In this document: positions 24,306 through 33,146 of the stretch, one piece after another
How positions within the stretch are numbered: the first letter of the stretch is position 1
How the letters are laid out: each line of letters begins with the position of its first letter
Source: a candidate division WWE3 bacterium UBA1401
Lineage (GTDB): Bacteria; Patescibacteriota; WWE3; UBA101185; UBA10185
Direction: 5' to 3'
Assembly: GCA_002305115.1 (NCBI GenBank)
Contig: DBQF01000001.1
Span: forward strand, 10,286 to 74,285
Length of the DNA stretch: 64,000 nt
Translations under genes and position numbers: made by a program
Notes under the pieces: model-generated
Told to the model about the DNA's origin: nothing
Seen by the model: only the letters and a program-made list of their open reading frames with translations
The model's database searches: none

Positions 24306-24978
24306 AAGTAGCTCCTCTTTTATCAGACTTAATAGCACCTTTATCCATTTTTACTACGCGTTTCTTTAATTTGTTCACAATGGCATCATTGTGTGTGGCC
24401 ATTAAAACAGTAGTGCCAAGCAAATTAATGCGTTCCAGAATTTCCATAATTTCACTGGAAGATTGAGGATCAATCATACCTGTAGCTTCATCTGCAATTA
24501 ATACATCCGGCTCGTGTGCCAAGGCGCGCGCAATAGACACACGTTGTTTTTCTCCACCGGATAACTGATAGGGAAATCTATCCTTTTTACCAAGTAACCC
24601 CACCATATTTAAAACATTAGGAACCAGCTCGCACTTAACATCATCAGGACAACCAACAACTTCTGTCGCAATAGCTACATTCTCAAATACAGTTTTCGAA
24701 TCTAGTAATTTAAAGTCTTGGAAAACTACCCCAATTCGTCTACGTAACTCGGGTATAGCTTTTTTTTCCACTAAAGAGACATTTATGTTGTCAAATAACA
24801 CTTCGCCTGAGGTAGGCACATCCTCACGAATAAGTAGTTTAATAAGGGTAGATTTGCCCGCGCCGGAAGGACCTATCAGGAATACAAATTCCCCTCGATC
24901 TATCTGAAAAGTTACCTTGTCCAAGGCTACAACATCTTCGTATTTCTTTGTTACTTCTTTAAATTCAATCTGTGACAT
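24295..24978 (-). CDS. ftsE: cell division ATP-binding protein FtsE
   Basis: Walker A is GPSGAGKST, the ABC signature is LSGGEKQR, and Walker B is VLIADE. Confidence 0.93.
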   Translation of the reverse strand: MSQIEFKEVTKKYEDVVALDKVTFQIDRGEFVFLIGPSGAGKSTLIKLLIREDVPTSGEVLFDNINVSLVEKKAIPELRRRIGVVFQDFKLLDSKTVFENVAIATEVVGCPDDVKCELVPNVLNMVGLLGKKDRFPYQLSGGEKQRVSIARALAHEPDVLIADEATGMIDPQSSSEIMEILERINLLGTTVLMATHNDAIVNKLKKRVVKMDKGAIKSDKRGATYDE

Positions 24979-25354
24979 TATTTATGACTACCTCACTAAC
25001 TATCAATACATCTTCTTTGTTGTCTAAGGTTCTTGATAATGTACCATAAACTTTCACGTTTAGCCCCTCGACTACTGTAAGCTTGTCATCATCAGCTTTT
25101 AGTAGTATCACTCTATCCCCCCTTGATGAAGTCAGAGCATAGGTTATTTCGTCCTCAGGATAAAAGTTTGGGTTTATATAGGTAATTCGGCCTTCGTAAG
25201 CATCCTTAACAATATCAACCGGCGCATCCAGCACAATAGAATCATTGGAAGTGTCTACAAAAAGTTTATCAAGAATAAATAAAATAAGAGACAACCCTGC
25301 AAAAAAAGAAACCAGAATTGTTAGTGCACGCTTTTTATCGGGCAGATTAAACAT
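24965..25354 (-). CDS. hypothetical membrane-anchored protein
   Basis: Starting at the internal ATG 25354 (MFNLPDKKRALTILVSFFAGLSLILFIL) avoids overlap with murJ. One TM helix. Confidence 0.45.
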   Translation of the reverse strand: MFNLPDKKRALTILVSFFAGLSLILFILDKLFVDTSNDSIVLDAPVDIVKDAYEGRITYINPNFYPEDEITYALTSSRGDRVILLKADDDKLTVVEGLNVKVYGTLSRTLDNKEDVLIVSEVVINNVTD

Positions 25355-25379
25355 ATCTAAGCTGATTATACATTTTTTC

Positions 25380-26981
25380 TTACTCTTCAGACAAACTGGT
25401 AACAACACCAGGCCTATTAGACAATTTCCACCTAATTCTACCCAAAGCCGAATAAAAAAGCCGTATCTCTTCTACCCTAAATAACTTCGTGAAAAATAGG
25501 TATGAAGCAAGACCTGCAATAGACACAATACCCGTTAGTAAGAGTAGATTGACTGTTTTAGTAGTATCAAAAACCAATTCGTCTAGAAGTTTTAAGGGAA
25601 TGTACAGTAAAATTCCCATAAATAATGCGCTGTAGCTAATTTTCGTAAAGGGAATTAGCAAGTCTGAAAGGGTAAAGCCACCTAATTTTTTTGCCAACAA
25701 ATAAAGCATGGCCATAAAGTCTATAAAAGACATGATGGAAAAGGAAAGTGCAATAGCCCAAACTCCCCACTTTAACACACCTATAAAAAACAGAGATAAC
25801 AAAACGTTAACACCTAGAGTAACAATACTTACTTTAACTGGGGTAGCCGTGTCTTTAAGCGCATAAAAAGCGCGAGTTAATAAATAAACACTACCTTGAG
25901 CAAGAGCAGACAAAGCAAAAAACGCCAGAACATAAGACGTTTTTACAGTAGCCTCCCAGGGAAAGTTGGAAACACCATATATAAGCCTAACTATGGGAAC
26001 TCTTAAAATAATCAACATCACACTGGCGGGAATAATCAAGAAAAACATCTGGTGCAAGGAAGTTAAAAAAATGCGCTTAAATTCCTTTTTATTAGAAGCC
26101 TTGCTTGAAAGTGCAGGTAGTAACGCTGCAGATAATGAGACAGCAAAAAAGCTAATGGGAAAAAACTGTAAGGTATTAGCGTATTTTAGGAAAACTACTG
26201 AAGATGTTGAAATCCAAATAGCCAAAGTGTTTTCTATTACAGAAATGACATTAGCGATTAACACGCTTAATAGTCTAAAAGGAGCCAACACTAAAATGCT
26301 GCGCATACCATCTTTTAGAGTAAAGGTGGGTACCCATTTAAAAGACAGAGACTTAAGTAACGGTAGCTGAATTAGTAAGTGGAAAAGTGCACCTAACAAT
26401 ACCCCCAGAGCAGGGCCATAGATTCCAAATCTGTCAGAAAGGAAAATGGTCCCCAGGAGCATACCCAGGTTATAGACAACAGGAGCTATAGCAGGGACTA
26501 CAAAATACTTTAAAGACTGCAGCATACTGGTAAAAATGCTGCTTACAACTAACAGCAGCTGAGCGCCAAGCATCAGCCGCATTAAATTGGCACCCAAAGC
26601 AATCCCTGAAGGTGTAAATTTGTCTAGAGACAAGAGTCTTATAACTAAAGGAGCTAAAATAAAAAGAGTGCCACCTAATAACATGAAAAAAGCAACACTA
26701 ACATTAATGCATTGAGAAGCAAACTGCCAAGAGGCTTCCTTGCTGGAAAGTACTTTTTCGGTAAATAGCGGTATAAATACTGTAGAAAATATACCCACCA
26801 CCAAAAGTGAATAAACCATATTCGGCACTTTATCTGCAGTATAAAAAATACTAAGCTCTTCAGACACACCAAAATAGCTAACTAGAAGTCTACCTTTTAT
26901 CAAACCAAGTACCGCAGTAACCGCCCCGGAAAAGGCTAGGACAACGGCAGCTGATAGTATGGTATTTTGCGTTTTGAACAT
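25380..26981 (-). CDS. murJ: lipid II flippase MurJ
   Basis: 533 aa, about 14 TM helices, with a MOP/MVF-family N-terminus (SAAVVLAFSGAVTAVLGLIKGRLLVSYFG). Confidence 0.85.
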   Translation of the reverse strand: MFKTQNTILSAAVVLAFSGAVTAVLGLIKGRLLVSYFGVSEELSIFYTADKVPNMVYSLLVVGIFSTVFIPLFTEKVLSSKEASWQFASQCINVSVAFFMLLGGTLFILAPLVIRLLSLDKFTPSGIALGANLMRLMLGAQLLLVVSSIFTSMLQSLKYFVVPAIAPVVYNLGMLLGTIFLSDRFGIYGPALGVLLGALFHLLIQLPLLKSLSFKWVPTFTLKDGMRSILVLAPFRLLSVLIANVISVIENTLAIWISTSSVVFLKYANTLQFFPISFFAVSLSAALLPALSSKASNKKEFKRIFLTSLHQMFFLIIPASVMLIILRVPIVRLIYGVSNFPWEATVKTSYVLAFFALSALAQGSVYLLTRAFYALKDTATPVKVSIVTLGVNVLLSLFFIGVLKWGVWAIALSFSIMSFIDFMAMLYLLAKKLGGFTLSDLLIPFTKISYSALFMGILLYIPLKLLDELVFDTTKTVNLLLLTGIVSIAGLASYLFFTKLFRVEEIRLFYSALGRIRWKLSNRPGVVTSLSEE

Positions 26982-27013
26982 TTCGGATTATATGTTATCA
27001 TTGCAAGCGTTTT

Positions 27014-27325
27014 ATGCCTAATACAAAATCTGCTGAAAAAGCAGTTAGACAAGCCTTAAGAAAAAGACAACATAACCTCTCCTGGAAGAGAAAAGTTGCT
27101 GATGCCAAAAAACAGCTTAAAAAAGACCTTGAGACCAAAGGGCAAGATATTGCTATACTAAAGAAGCAAGAGTCTGTTTTTCAAAAGCTGTTAGACAAAG
27201 CTGCCAAAGTAAAGGCTATTCATAAAAACGAAGCTAACAGACTAAAGTCTAGATATGCTAAAAAAATTACTGCCTACGAACAACCTGCCAAAAAAGCCGC
27301 AAAAAAAGGTAACTCAAAGTCCTAA
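27014..27325 (+). CDS. rpsT: 30S ribosomal protein S20
   Basis: The N-terminus PNTKSAEKAVRQALRKRQHN is typical of S20. The C-terminus is Lys-rich. Confidence 0.9.
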   Translation: MPNTKSAEKAVRQALRKRQHNLSWKRKVADAKKQLKKDLETKGQDIAILKKQESVFQKLLDKAAKVKAIHKNEANRLKSRYAKKITAYEQPAKKAAKKGNSKS

Positions 27326-27854
27326 CCTTCTAGATCAGAATTTACTCACTAAATCAGATAATCAGCAGAATCCATTTCTTGGTAACTCAAATAAACTATT
27401 ACCTAATTTCAAGTTTGTAATAATAGCAATACAGGCATTAACTCTGTTAATTCTTGGTATTAACTATGTCCTTTATTTGCATATAAAAACCATTGAAACC
27501 AAAAGCTGGGATCTTAAGAAAACAGTAACTTTTAACAAGACATTGGCAGCAGACGCACAGAACTTGATCTACAAGATTGATCTATTTAAACAGGTTGCCG
27601 GTCAAACCAAACCTATGGCTGATACTGTCAGGACAGTAATAACAAATATACCTTCGGAAGCCAACCTAATACAAACCAGTTTTAGCGGAAAGGGGGCATC
27701 AACAGTAGTTGAGGCACCATCCCCATTAAGTTTCGCTTTACTTATTTCGAATTATTTTAAGGAGGACACCGTGAGTTCCATTACGCTTAGATCTGCAGAG
27801 TTTGTCAAAGGCCGGAACGTTTTTAAAATGGTTATAGATGTAACATTCAGATGA
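27255..27854 (+). CDS. PilN-like type IV pilus assembly protein
   Basis: Single TM helix, then a coiled coil and a C-terminal alpha/beta domain, as in PilN. It is followed by a PilO-like gene with a 4-nt overlap. The only in-frame start overlaps rpsT by 71 nt. Confidence 0.45.
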   Translation: MLKKLLPTNNLPKKPQKKVTQSPNLLDQNLLTKSDNQQNPFLGNSNKLLPNFKFVIIAIQALTLLILGINYVLYLHIKTIETKSWDLKKTVTFNKTLAADAQNLIYKIDLFKQVAGQTKPMADTVRTVITNIPSEANLIQTSFSGKGASTVVEAPSPLSFALLISNYFKEDTVSSITLRSAEFVKGRNVFKMVIDVTFR

Positions 27855-28375
27855 TCAAATTAAGTTACGTAAATTACTTAAAATTATTCACATTACTACT
27901 TGTTTTTAACATACTTTTCTTCGGCTACTTTGGAATTGTGCAAGGCGTTAAGGGAATAAATCAAAAGATAACCCACCTTAGAAAACATAAGGAAATATAT
28001 GCAATCTTGCAAAATGAAGATGAAAACATTGCCACACTTAAAAATCTAATTGCAGAAAGCCACACCTATAAAGCAGCGCTGGATAAATCTATTCCCTATA
28101 GTGCAGAAGTAGATGATTACCTCGTCGATTTCCTTGTAACCGCAGCACGTCATGGATATGCAGTAGAAAAGTTTAGTGTTTCCAAGCAAAGCGATCAGAA
28201 CGCACTAGGCATTGAAACTATAATAAGCGGTAATCTGACCGAGTTACATGATTTCATACAAGACGTGGAGTCTTTGGATAGATTAACTACTGTAAACAAA
28301 GTAGATGCTAACTTTGAAGAAGGCATGAGAGCAAACATAAATTTAACAATTTATCAGACAGCCAGAAATCTATGA
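27851..28375 (+). CDS. PilO-like type IV pilus assembly protein
   Basis: N-terminal TM helix, coiled coil, and a C-terminal ferredoxin-like region (...LVDFLVTAARHGYAVEKFSV...). Start and stop overlaps suggest translational coupling to both neighbours. Confidence 0.45.
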   Translation: MIKLSYVNYLKLFTLLLVFNILFFGYFGIVQGVKGINQKITHLRKHKEIYAILQNEDENIATLKNLIAESHTYKAALDKSIPYSAEVDDYLVDFLVTAARHGYAVEKFSVSKQSDQNALGIETIISGNLTELHDFIQDVESLDRLTTVNKVDANFEEGMRANINLTIYQTARNL

Positions 28376-28554
28376 AATACTTATTAACTTTAACTATAAC
28401 AACGCTGCTGGCAGTTATATTCTTAGTGAAAACAATTAATGCCACTATTACAGCCAATACCGAAGTACCAAAACAACTACTTGAAAATACCACCCGTATT
28501 AATGGTAGAATTGATATAGAATTTTTGGAGAAAACTTTTGCTCAGCCAAAATAG
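28372..28554 (+). CDS. small secreted/membrane protein
   Basis: 60 aa with an N-terminal hydrophobic signal-like segment. 4-nt overlap with the PilO-like gene. Confidence 0.35.
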   Translation: MKYLLTLTITTLLAVIFLVKTINATITANTEVPKQLLENTTRINGRIDIEFLEKTFAQPK

Positions 28555-28574
28555 CTAAGCAAAACCTGCCTAAC

Positions 28575-29012
28575 ATGAACACCAGTCAAGCAAAAAACGG
28601 ATTTAAAACATTCACTTTCTTATTTATTACGGCTCTAGGCATTTTCATGGCCTTTTACTACCTCACATCATATTCAGCTGAATCAGTGGAGGTAGAAAAC
28701 TATCACGAAGTAGCTCCGCAAGAACAAGATGTATTAGGAGAGCAAACTCAAGTAGATACCTTAGCAGTAACTACAGGAGCAGAAAAGTTCGAACAACTGG
28801 CTAATGAAAAAGTTGATACAGCCAAAAAAGTAGTATTGGGCGGAGCTGCTACAACGGAGACTACATCGAGCGTACCAGCTACAGGCGCAACTACTATAAC
28901 TCTTGCTCTGGGGGCTTCTGCTGTAATATTAAGCTGGGGCGTATATGTAATCTGGGCAAACCCACGAAAACTCGCGTTAAATCACTTTGAAAAAAAGGCT
29001 CAACAAGACTAA
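28575..29012 (+). CDS. small surface protein with a candidate sortase sorting signal (VPATG + hydrophobic helix + basic tail)
   Basis: The C-terminus reads ...TTSSVPATGATTITLALGASAVILSWGVYVIWANPRK.... A convergent sortase gene ends 4 nt away. Confidence 0.45.
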   Translation: MNTSQAKNGFKTFTFLFITALGIFMAFYYLTSYSAESVEVENYHEVAPQEQDVLGEQTQVDTLAVTTGAEKFEQLANEKVDTAKKVVLGGAATTETTSSVPATGATTITLALGASAVILSWGVYVIWANPRKLALNHFEKKAQQD

Positions 29013-29015
29013 GTA

Positions 29016-29729
29016 TTAGTTATCCAGTACTCCCACTACTAATAACCTCTTTAGTTTGGTTCCAGGCGGAACACAAGTCATTAATGTTACTGTGGAATCA
29101 TTCAGAAAGGCAGGTCTTACGTCGGCAAGAGGATTAACTTGATCAGGCAGTAAAACTTCCATACTCTCAACTTTGTATTTTAAAATCCTGTCAGCAATAT
29201 TTATGTAAAACAGATCACCTATATCAAGCTCATCCAGAGTAGAGAAGATTGTTTTGTAATTTGCGGGATTATAGAACCATTTTAAGGCGGAATGACCGTA
29301 AATAAAGGCATTGCCAACCTCTCCGGGAAGGTCAGATCCTTTATAGTGCCCCAGGCTTTCATCCGGATCCAGACTAGAAGAATTTATTTCTACAACTGCA
29401 TTATCTATACCAAGTTTAGGAATAGTGAGATAAAAAAAGGTAAGGTCATGTGTATCAGCTTGAGCAGTCTGAGGAGTACTAAGTTCCGCAAACTCGAAAT
29501 CTCTAAACCCGCTAGCAATACCTAAAATACTTGAAGATACAGGTTTAGTAATAGTGTCTTGAGTCTTAAACTGTATTAAAGGCAAAATTACCTGGGAGCC
29601 TAGTAACACAACGCCAATAAGCGTTAACCCCAGAGGATAGATTTTTGTTCTTAACAAAAATTTGGCATCTACAGTTTTATAAATAGGGTCAAAAGATGTA
29701 TCTTTTATGTAGACTTTTGGCTTAAACAT
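29016..29729 (-). CDS. sortase family transpeptidase
   Basis: N-terminal TM anchor, a catalytic His region (FIYGHS), and the TLMTC active-site Cys motif followed by a conserved Arg (KLKRLLV). Confidence 0.8.
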   Translation of the reverse strand: MFKPKVYIKDTSFDPIYKTVDAKFLLRTKIYPLGLTLIGVVLLGSQVILPLIQFKTQDTITKPVSSSILGIASGFRDFEFAELSTPQTAQADTHDLTFFYLTIPKLGIDNAVVEINSSSLDPDESLGHYKGSDLPGEVGNAFIYGHSALKWFYNPANYKTIFSTLDELDIGDLFYINIADRILKYKVESMEVLLPDQVNPLADVRPAFLNDSTVTLMTCVPPGTKLKRLLVVGVLDN

Positions 29730-30421
29730 AATATTTTTTCCATACTTACCGGCACCGCCAGAGAAGAAGGAACTCGGCCAGTCTTCATAGCTACATCCAT
29801 CTTATACAAATTCTCATATATTTCCAAAAGAGAATTTTCAGAGAAATTTGCTGCTTGCTTTACCAGCTTGCCTTTCATAAAAGGCGCAAACTTGCCAAAT
29901 CGTGCCGAATCGAATTTGGCATAAGCAATATTCCGTAGACCATAACATAGCATGGAAAAGAGCTTGAACGGATCCTCCCTGGCTAACAACAACTGCTCCA
30001 ACTCTTTATAACTTGCTGCCCTATTACCACTAAAAACTGCATCCAGAAATTTGAAAACATTGGAATTGGGCGCTTCTGCGGAACAAACTATTTTAGCCTT
30101 AAGGCTCTTTGCCTGTTTGATAAACACGTTAGCGTTGCTTAGCTTTTCCGATGAAAAAATAACTATCGCGGCATCCTTCGGGCCAGCTTGCAGCACTGCA
30201 AAATAATCATCTAGCTTCCTTTTTCTTGTAGTTGAAACATCAAGAATAATTAGAGGAGGGTTGCCAAACATATCAAAAGAATAAAGCTCAGTTTTTAGAA
30301 AATTGGGGGAGATATCATCAATAGAGAATTCTTTCCGGGAATCTATGCCCAGTTTTTGCTGTAACTGAAGCACAATATCCCGAGACTTTATTGCGTTCTC
30401 GCCATGCAGGATAAAAAGCAT
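29705..30421 (-). CDS. holA: DNA polymerase III delta subunit-like (HolA, short)
   Basis: The N-terminus LFILHGENAIKSRD, then FGNPPLIIL and the pattern ...VFKFLDAVFSGNRAASYKELEQLL...PFKLFSMLCYGLRN... resemble clamp-loader delta. 238 aa. Confidence 0.55.
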   Translation of the reverse strand: MLFILHGENAIKSRDIVLQLQQKLGIDSRKEFSIDDISPNFLKTELYSFDMFGNPPLIILDVSTTRKRKLDDYFAVLQAGPKDAAIVIFSSEKLSNANVFIKQAKSLKAKIVCSAEAPNSNVFKFLDAVFSGNRAASYKELEQLLLAREDPFKLFSMLCYGLRNIAYAKFDSARFGKFAPFMKGKLVKQAANFSENSLLEIYENLYKMDVAMKTGRVPSSLAVPVSMEKILCLSQKST

Positions 30422-30430
30422 TAATAAAAC

Positions 30431-32455
30431 TTACCTCAAATCTGAAGGTTTAGTTAGGTCTATTACGCCCTCTTTTTGCGCCTGATTAGAACCCAGAGGC
30501 ATCTGGGGCGGGGCAGGCTGCATACTACCTAAGCTGGTAACAAATTTTTTGTCCGGTTGTTCGTCCAACTGCTCAACAGGTTTGTACACAGGTCCTTGAG
30601 CAGGGGCATTTGCTACTTTTTGTTGCGCGGCCTTTTCTTCTCTGAGTTGGAGCAGTTCTTGAGGATTGGTAGTAATAAGTTTATGTTCCTCAGCCGAAGC
30701 CATAACTTTGATAGCCACATGACTAGTCCCGGCAAAAAACAAACCCTCACCTATGTCAGCACCTAACAGCAACCTTTTTTCTCCTTCAGACAAGTAGAAA
30801 GTCTCGGCCACTCTGTCTATTGCAGCAGGATGTTGCTTTAACAGAAACTGCATAGAGGAGTTAGTTACAATAGCCTTACCATAATCAGACTGCAGAAAGT
30901 CATCAACATCTTGCGAAACGGTAGTTAACCCAAGGTAGTATTTTCTAGCTCTTTTTGCCACCCCATATAAAAACCTTGCACTATCTTCATTTTGTAGCAG
31001 GTGCCAAGCCTCTTCTACAATTAAGATCCTCTTTTTCAAATCCTTCTTAATAGTAGTCCAGACATAATCTAGAATCATAAAGAATGCCAGTGGTCTTAAA
31101 ATGTCCTCAAGGTTCTTGGTTGAAAACACTGTCATTCTGCTATTTAGATTAATAGTAGACTGGGAATCAAAAATGCCCGCCATAGAACCTCTTATGTATT
31201 TTTCCAAGCGGGCAGCCATATCTCTAGATTCCTGCTCGGCACCACCTAACAACACCTTGTACAAATCTTCCATGACCGGAGGTTCATTAGAAAGCTGAGT
31301 GTCAGGATCTGTGGTAACACCTTTAAGCCTATACGTTTCTATAAGCGCTTTATCCAAAATTGCTTCTTCCGTAGGTGAAATATTGCCCAACATCAGTTTA
31401 AGTAACGTGTGCAAAGACAAAATCTTTTGGCCTAATTCATTTTCTCCTTCAACAGCAATACCCGATAAATCAAAAGGATTAATCTTAGATGGTGAACTTA
31501 CAGAGAAATCAATGTAATTACCACCCACAGCTTCACATAAATTCCTATATTCTTCTTCAGGATCTATAATCAAAACCTCTGCACCAAAAATCATTAGTCT
31601 TAAAGCCTCAAGCTTCACAAAATAAGACTTACCAGAGCCAGACTTAGCAAAAACCACGGTGTTGGCGTTTTCCAGTGAAAACCTGTCAAAAATCACTAGG
31701 GAACCATTATGCCTGTTAATCCCGTACATAATACCTTCTTCCATTGTAAGATTAGAAGAAGTGAAGGGAAATGTTGTAGCCAGGCTCGTAGTATCCATGT
31801 TTCTCGTTACGAGAAGTTTGTCTAAGCCGGCGGGAACTGTTGATTGAAAAGCTTCTTCCATTTGTAAAGTGGAAGTTTTGGAAATAAGTAAAAGTGAGCC
31901 AAGTGTAGATTCCAGTTTAGCTGTTATGTTATCAAGCTCATCCAAATTGTCTGCTGGAATAGTAATGTAAAAAGAAAACTGGAAGTACTTTTCAATACCC
32001 TTAACCAGTTGTTCTTGCAGGTCTTTCGCGTCTTCCAGTGCAGCTTCCACAGCGGGATCTGTAATTTTGCCTTCCTTCTGATTAGACATTGTCGTGGCTT
32101 CCAGTTCTGTAATTTTGCGCCTAAGATCATCTAAAATAACTTTAGATTTCACCGGATAATAAAACATGGAAATATCAAGTGTGTTTTCAAAGTTAATAAC
32201 CGGAGAAAGCCAGTTTGCACCTACAAATCTGGGGTAACCGGAAATAAAGAGCGTGCGGTAATACCTGTTGCCAATCTTGATATGATTAAAGTCCACCTCA
32301 ATAGCAGAAGGAGCAATGATATCCCTAACATTCATCATACCCTGAGCCAGAATTTCGGCAGGCTGCTTGCCTTCAGCAGGAGTGGCTGCTGTGTGGGTTT
32401 CCTCTTCTTTTTTCTTACCTATAAAAGGTATTGGCAAATTCATTTTATTCCTCAA
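30431..32455 (-). CDS. VirB4/TrsE-family type IV secretion ATPase
   Basis: Walker A is FAKSGSGKSY and Walker B is ILIVEEAWHLL. The N-terminal region (...YYRTLFISGYPRFVGANWLSPV...) is typical of VirB4-like proteins. Confidence 0.8.
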   Translation of the reverse strand: MRNKMNLPIPFIGKKKEEETHTAATPAEGKQPAEILAQGMMNVRDIIAPSAIEVDFNHIKIGNRYYRTLFISGYPRFVGANWLSPVINFENTLDISMFYYPVKSKVILDDLRRKITELEATTMSNQKEGKITDPAVEAALEDAKDLQEQLVKGIEKYFQFSFYITIPADNLDELDNITAKLESTLGSLLLISKTSTLQMEEAFQSTVPAGLDKLLVTRNMDTTSLATTFPFTSSNLTMEEGIMYGINRHNGSLVIFDRFSLENANTVVFAKSGSGKSYFVKLEALRLMIFGAEVLIIDPEEEYRNLCEAVGGNYIDFSVSSPSKINPFDLSGIAVEGENELGQKILSLHTLLKLMLGNISPTEEAILDKALIETYRLKGVTTDPDTQLSNEPPVMEDLYKVLLGGAEQESRDMAARLEKYIRGSMAGIFDSQSTINLNSRMTVFSTKNLEDILRPLAFFMILDYVWTTIKKDLKKRILIVEEAWHLLQNEDSARFLYGVAKRARKYYLGLTTVSQDVDDFLQSDYGKAIVTNSSMQFLLKQHPAAIDRVAETFYLSEGEKRLLLGADIGEGLFFAGTSHVAIKVMASAEEHKLITTNPQELLQLREEKAAQQKVANAPAQGPVYKPVEQLDEQPDKKFVTSLGSMQPAPPQMPLGSNQAQKEGVIDLTKPSDLR

Positions 32456-33143
32456 CTATAGCCGGATTAACTATAGCAGTTTTATAATCATCAATATTTG
32501 TTCTAATACGCTGGCCGTGCACGGTGCTTGGGTTATAAATGTCAAAATAAAGCTCCACTAACTCTTGGGTAGTCAACTGTTTTGCCTTAATGCCGATTCT
32601 GTTAAATTCTTTAATAACATGATCGATTTTTGGCACGAGATCCCTTACTGCAGCCTTTAGGGTAGTATCAACATTTACATGGAATCTTCTACTATGGCCT
32701 CCAAAAAGCTTTAGCAAGAAGTCAAACGGCCCAGAGCCCGTTGAAGTAGGTGTAAAAGGGTTAGATGGGATAATTACGTAAAATCTTTTATCCAATACCT
32801 CATTTTCACTAATGATATCCTGAACAAACTTTCTATAAGCAGTAGCTTGATGTTTTAGTAAGGGGTCTGAAATCTTGTTTTCTGTCCTTTTTACTTTTTC
32901 AATATATTTGGAAATATCCAACCTTTTTGACCTTATTGAAACTTGAACCGGAAATGTTATGGAGTTAAGTAACATGGAAAAAGCCGCAATAATCGCATCC
33001 TGCTCTATTTCTGATAACAGATTAAAGTTTACCGCGGTGGTTTGAATAACCGCCGATACAGTGCCGTTTTTTAAGATTACAAAGTCATTTTTTATTTCTT
33101 CGACATCTAGATGATCTTGTGTGCTTGCAGTTATTTGAGCCAT
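32445..33143 (-). CDS. hypothetical protein resembling the N-terminal non-ATPase domain of Gram-positive VirB4-type proteins
   Basis: The pattern VEEIKNDFVILKNGTVSAVIQTTAVNFNLLSEIEQDAIIAAFSMLLNSITFPVQV resembles, from memory, the N-termini of conjugative TrsE/TcpF-type proteins. No P-loop. Confidence 0.4.
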   Translation of the reverse strand: MAQITASTQDHLDVEEIKNDFVILKNGTVSAVIQTTAVNFNLLSEIEQDAIIAAFSMLLNSITFPVQVSIRSKRLDISKYIEKVKRTENKISDPLLKHQATAYRKFVQDIISENEVLDKRFYVIIPSNPFTPTSTGSGPFDFLLKLFGGHSRRFHVNVDTTLKAAVRDLVPKIDHVIKEFNRIGIKAKQLTTQELVELYFDIYNPSTVHGQRIRTNIDDYKTAIVNPAIVEE

Positions 33144-33146
33144 AAG

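Noticed and set aside
25966-26370. 134-aa plus-strand ORF inside murJ
   Set aside because: It is antisense to a 14-TM flippase gene with clear family features and has no promoter or SD context.
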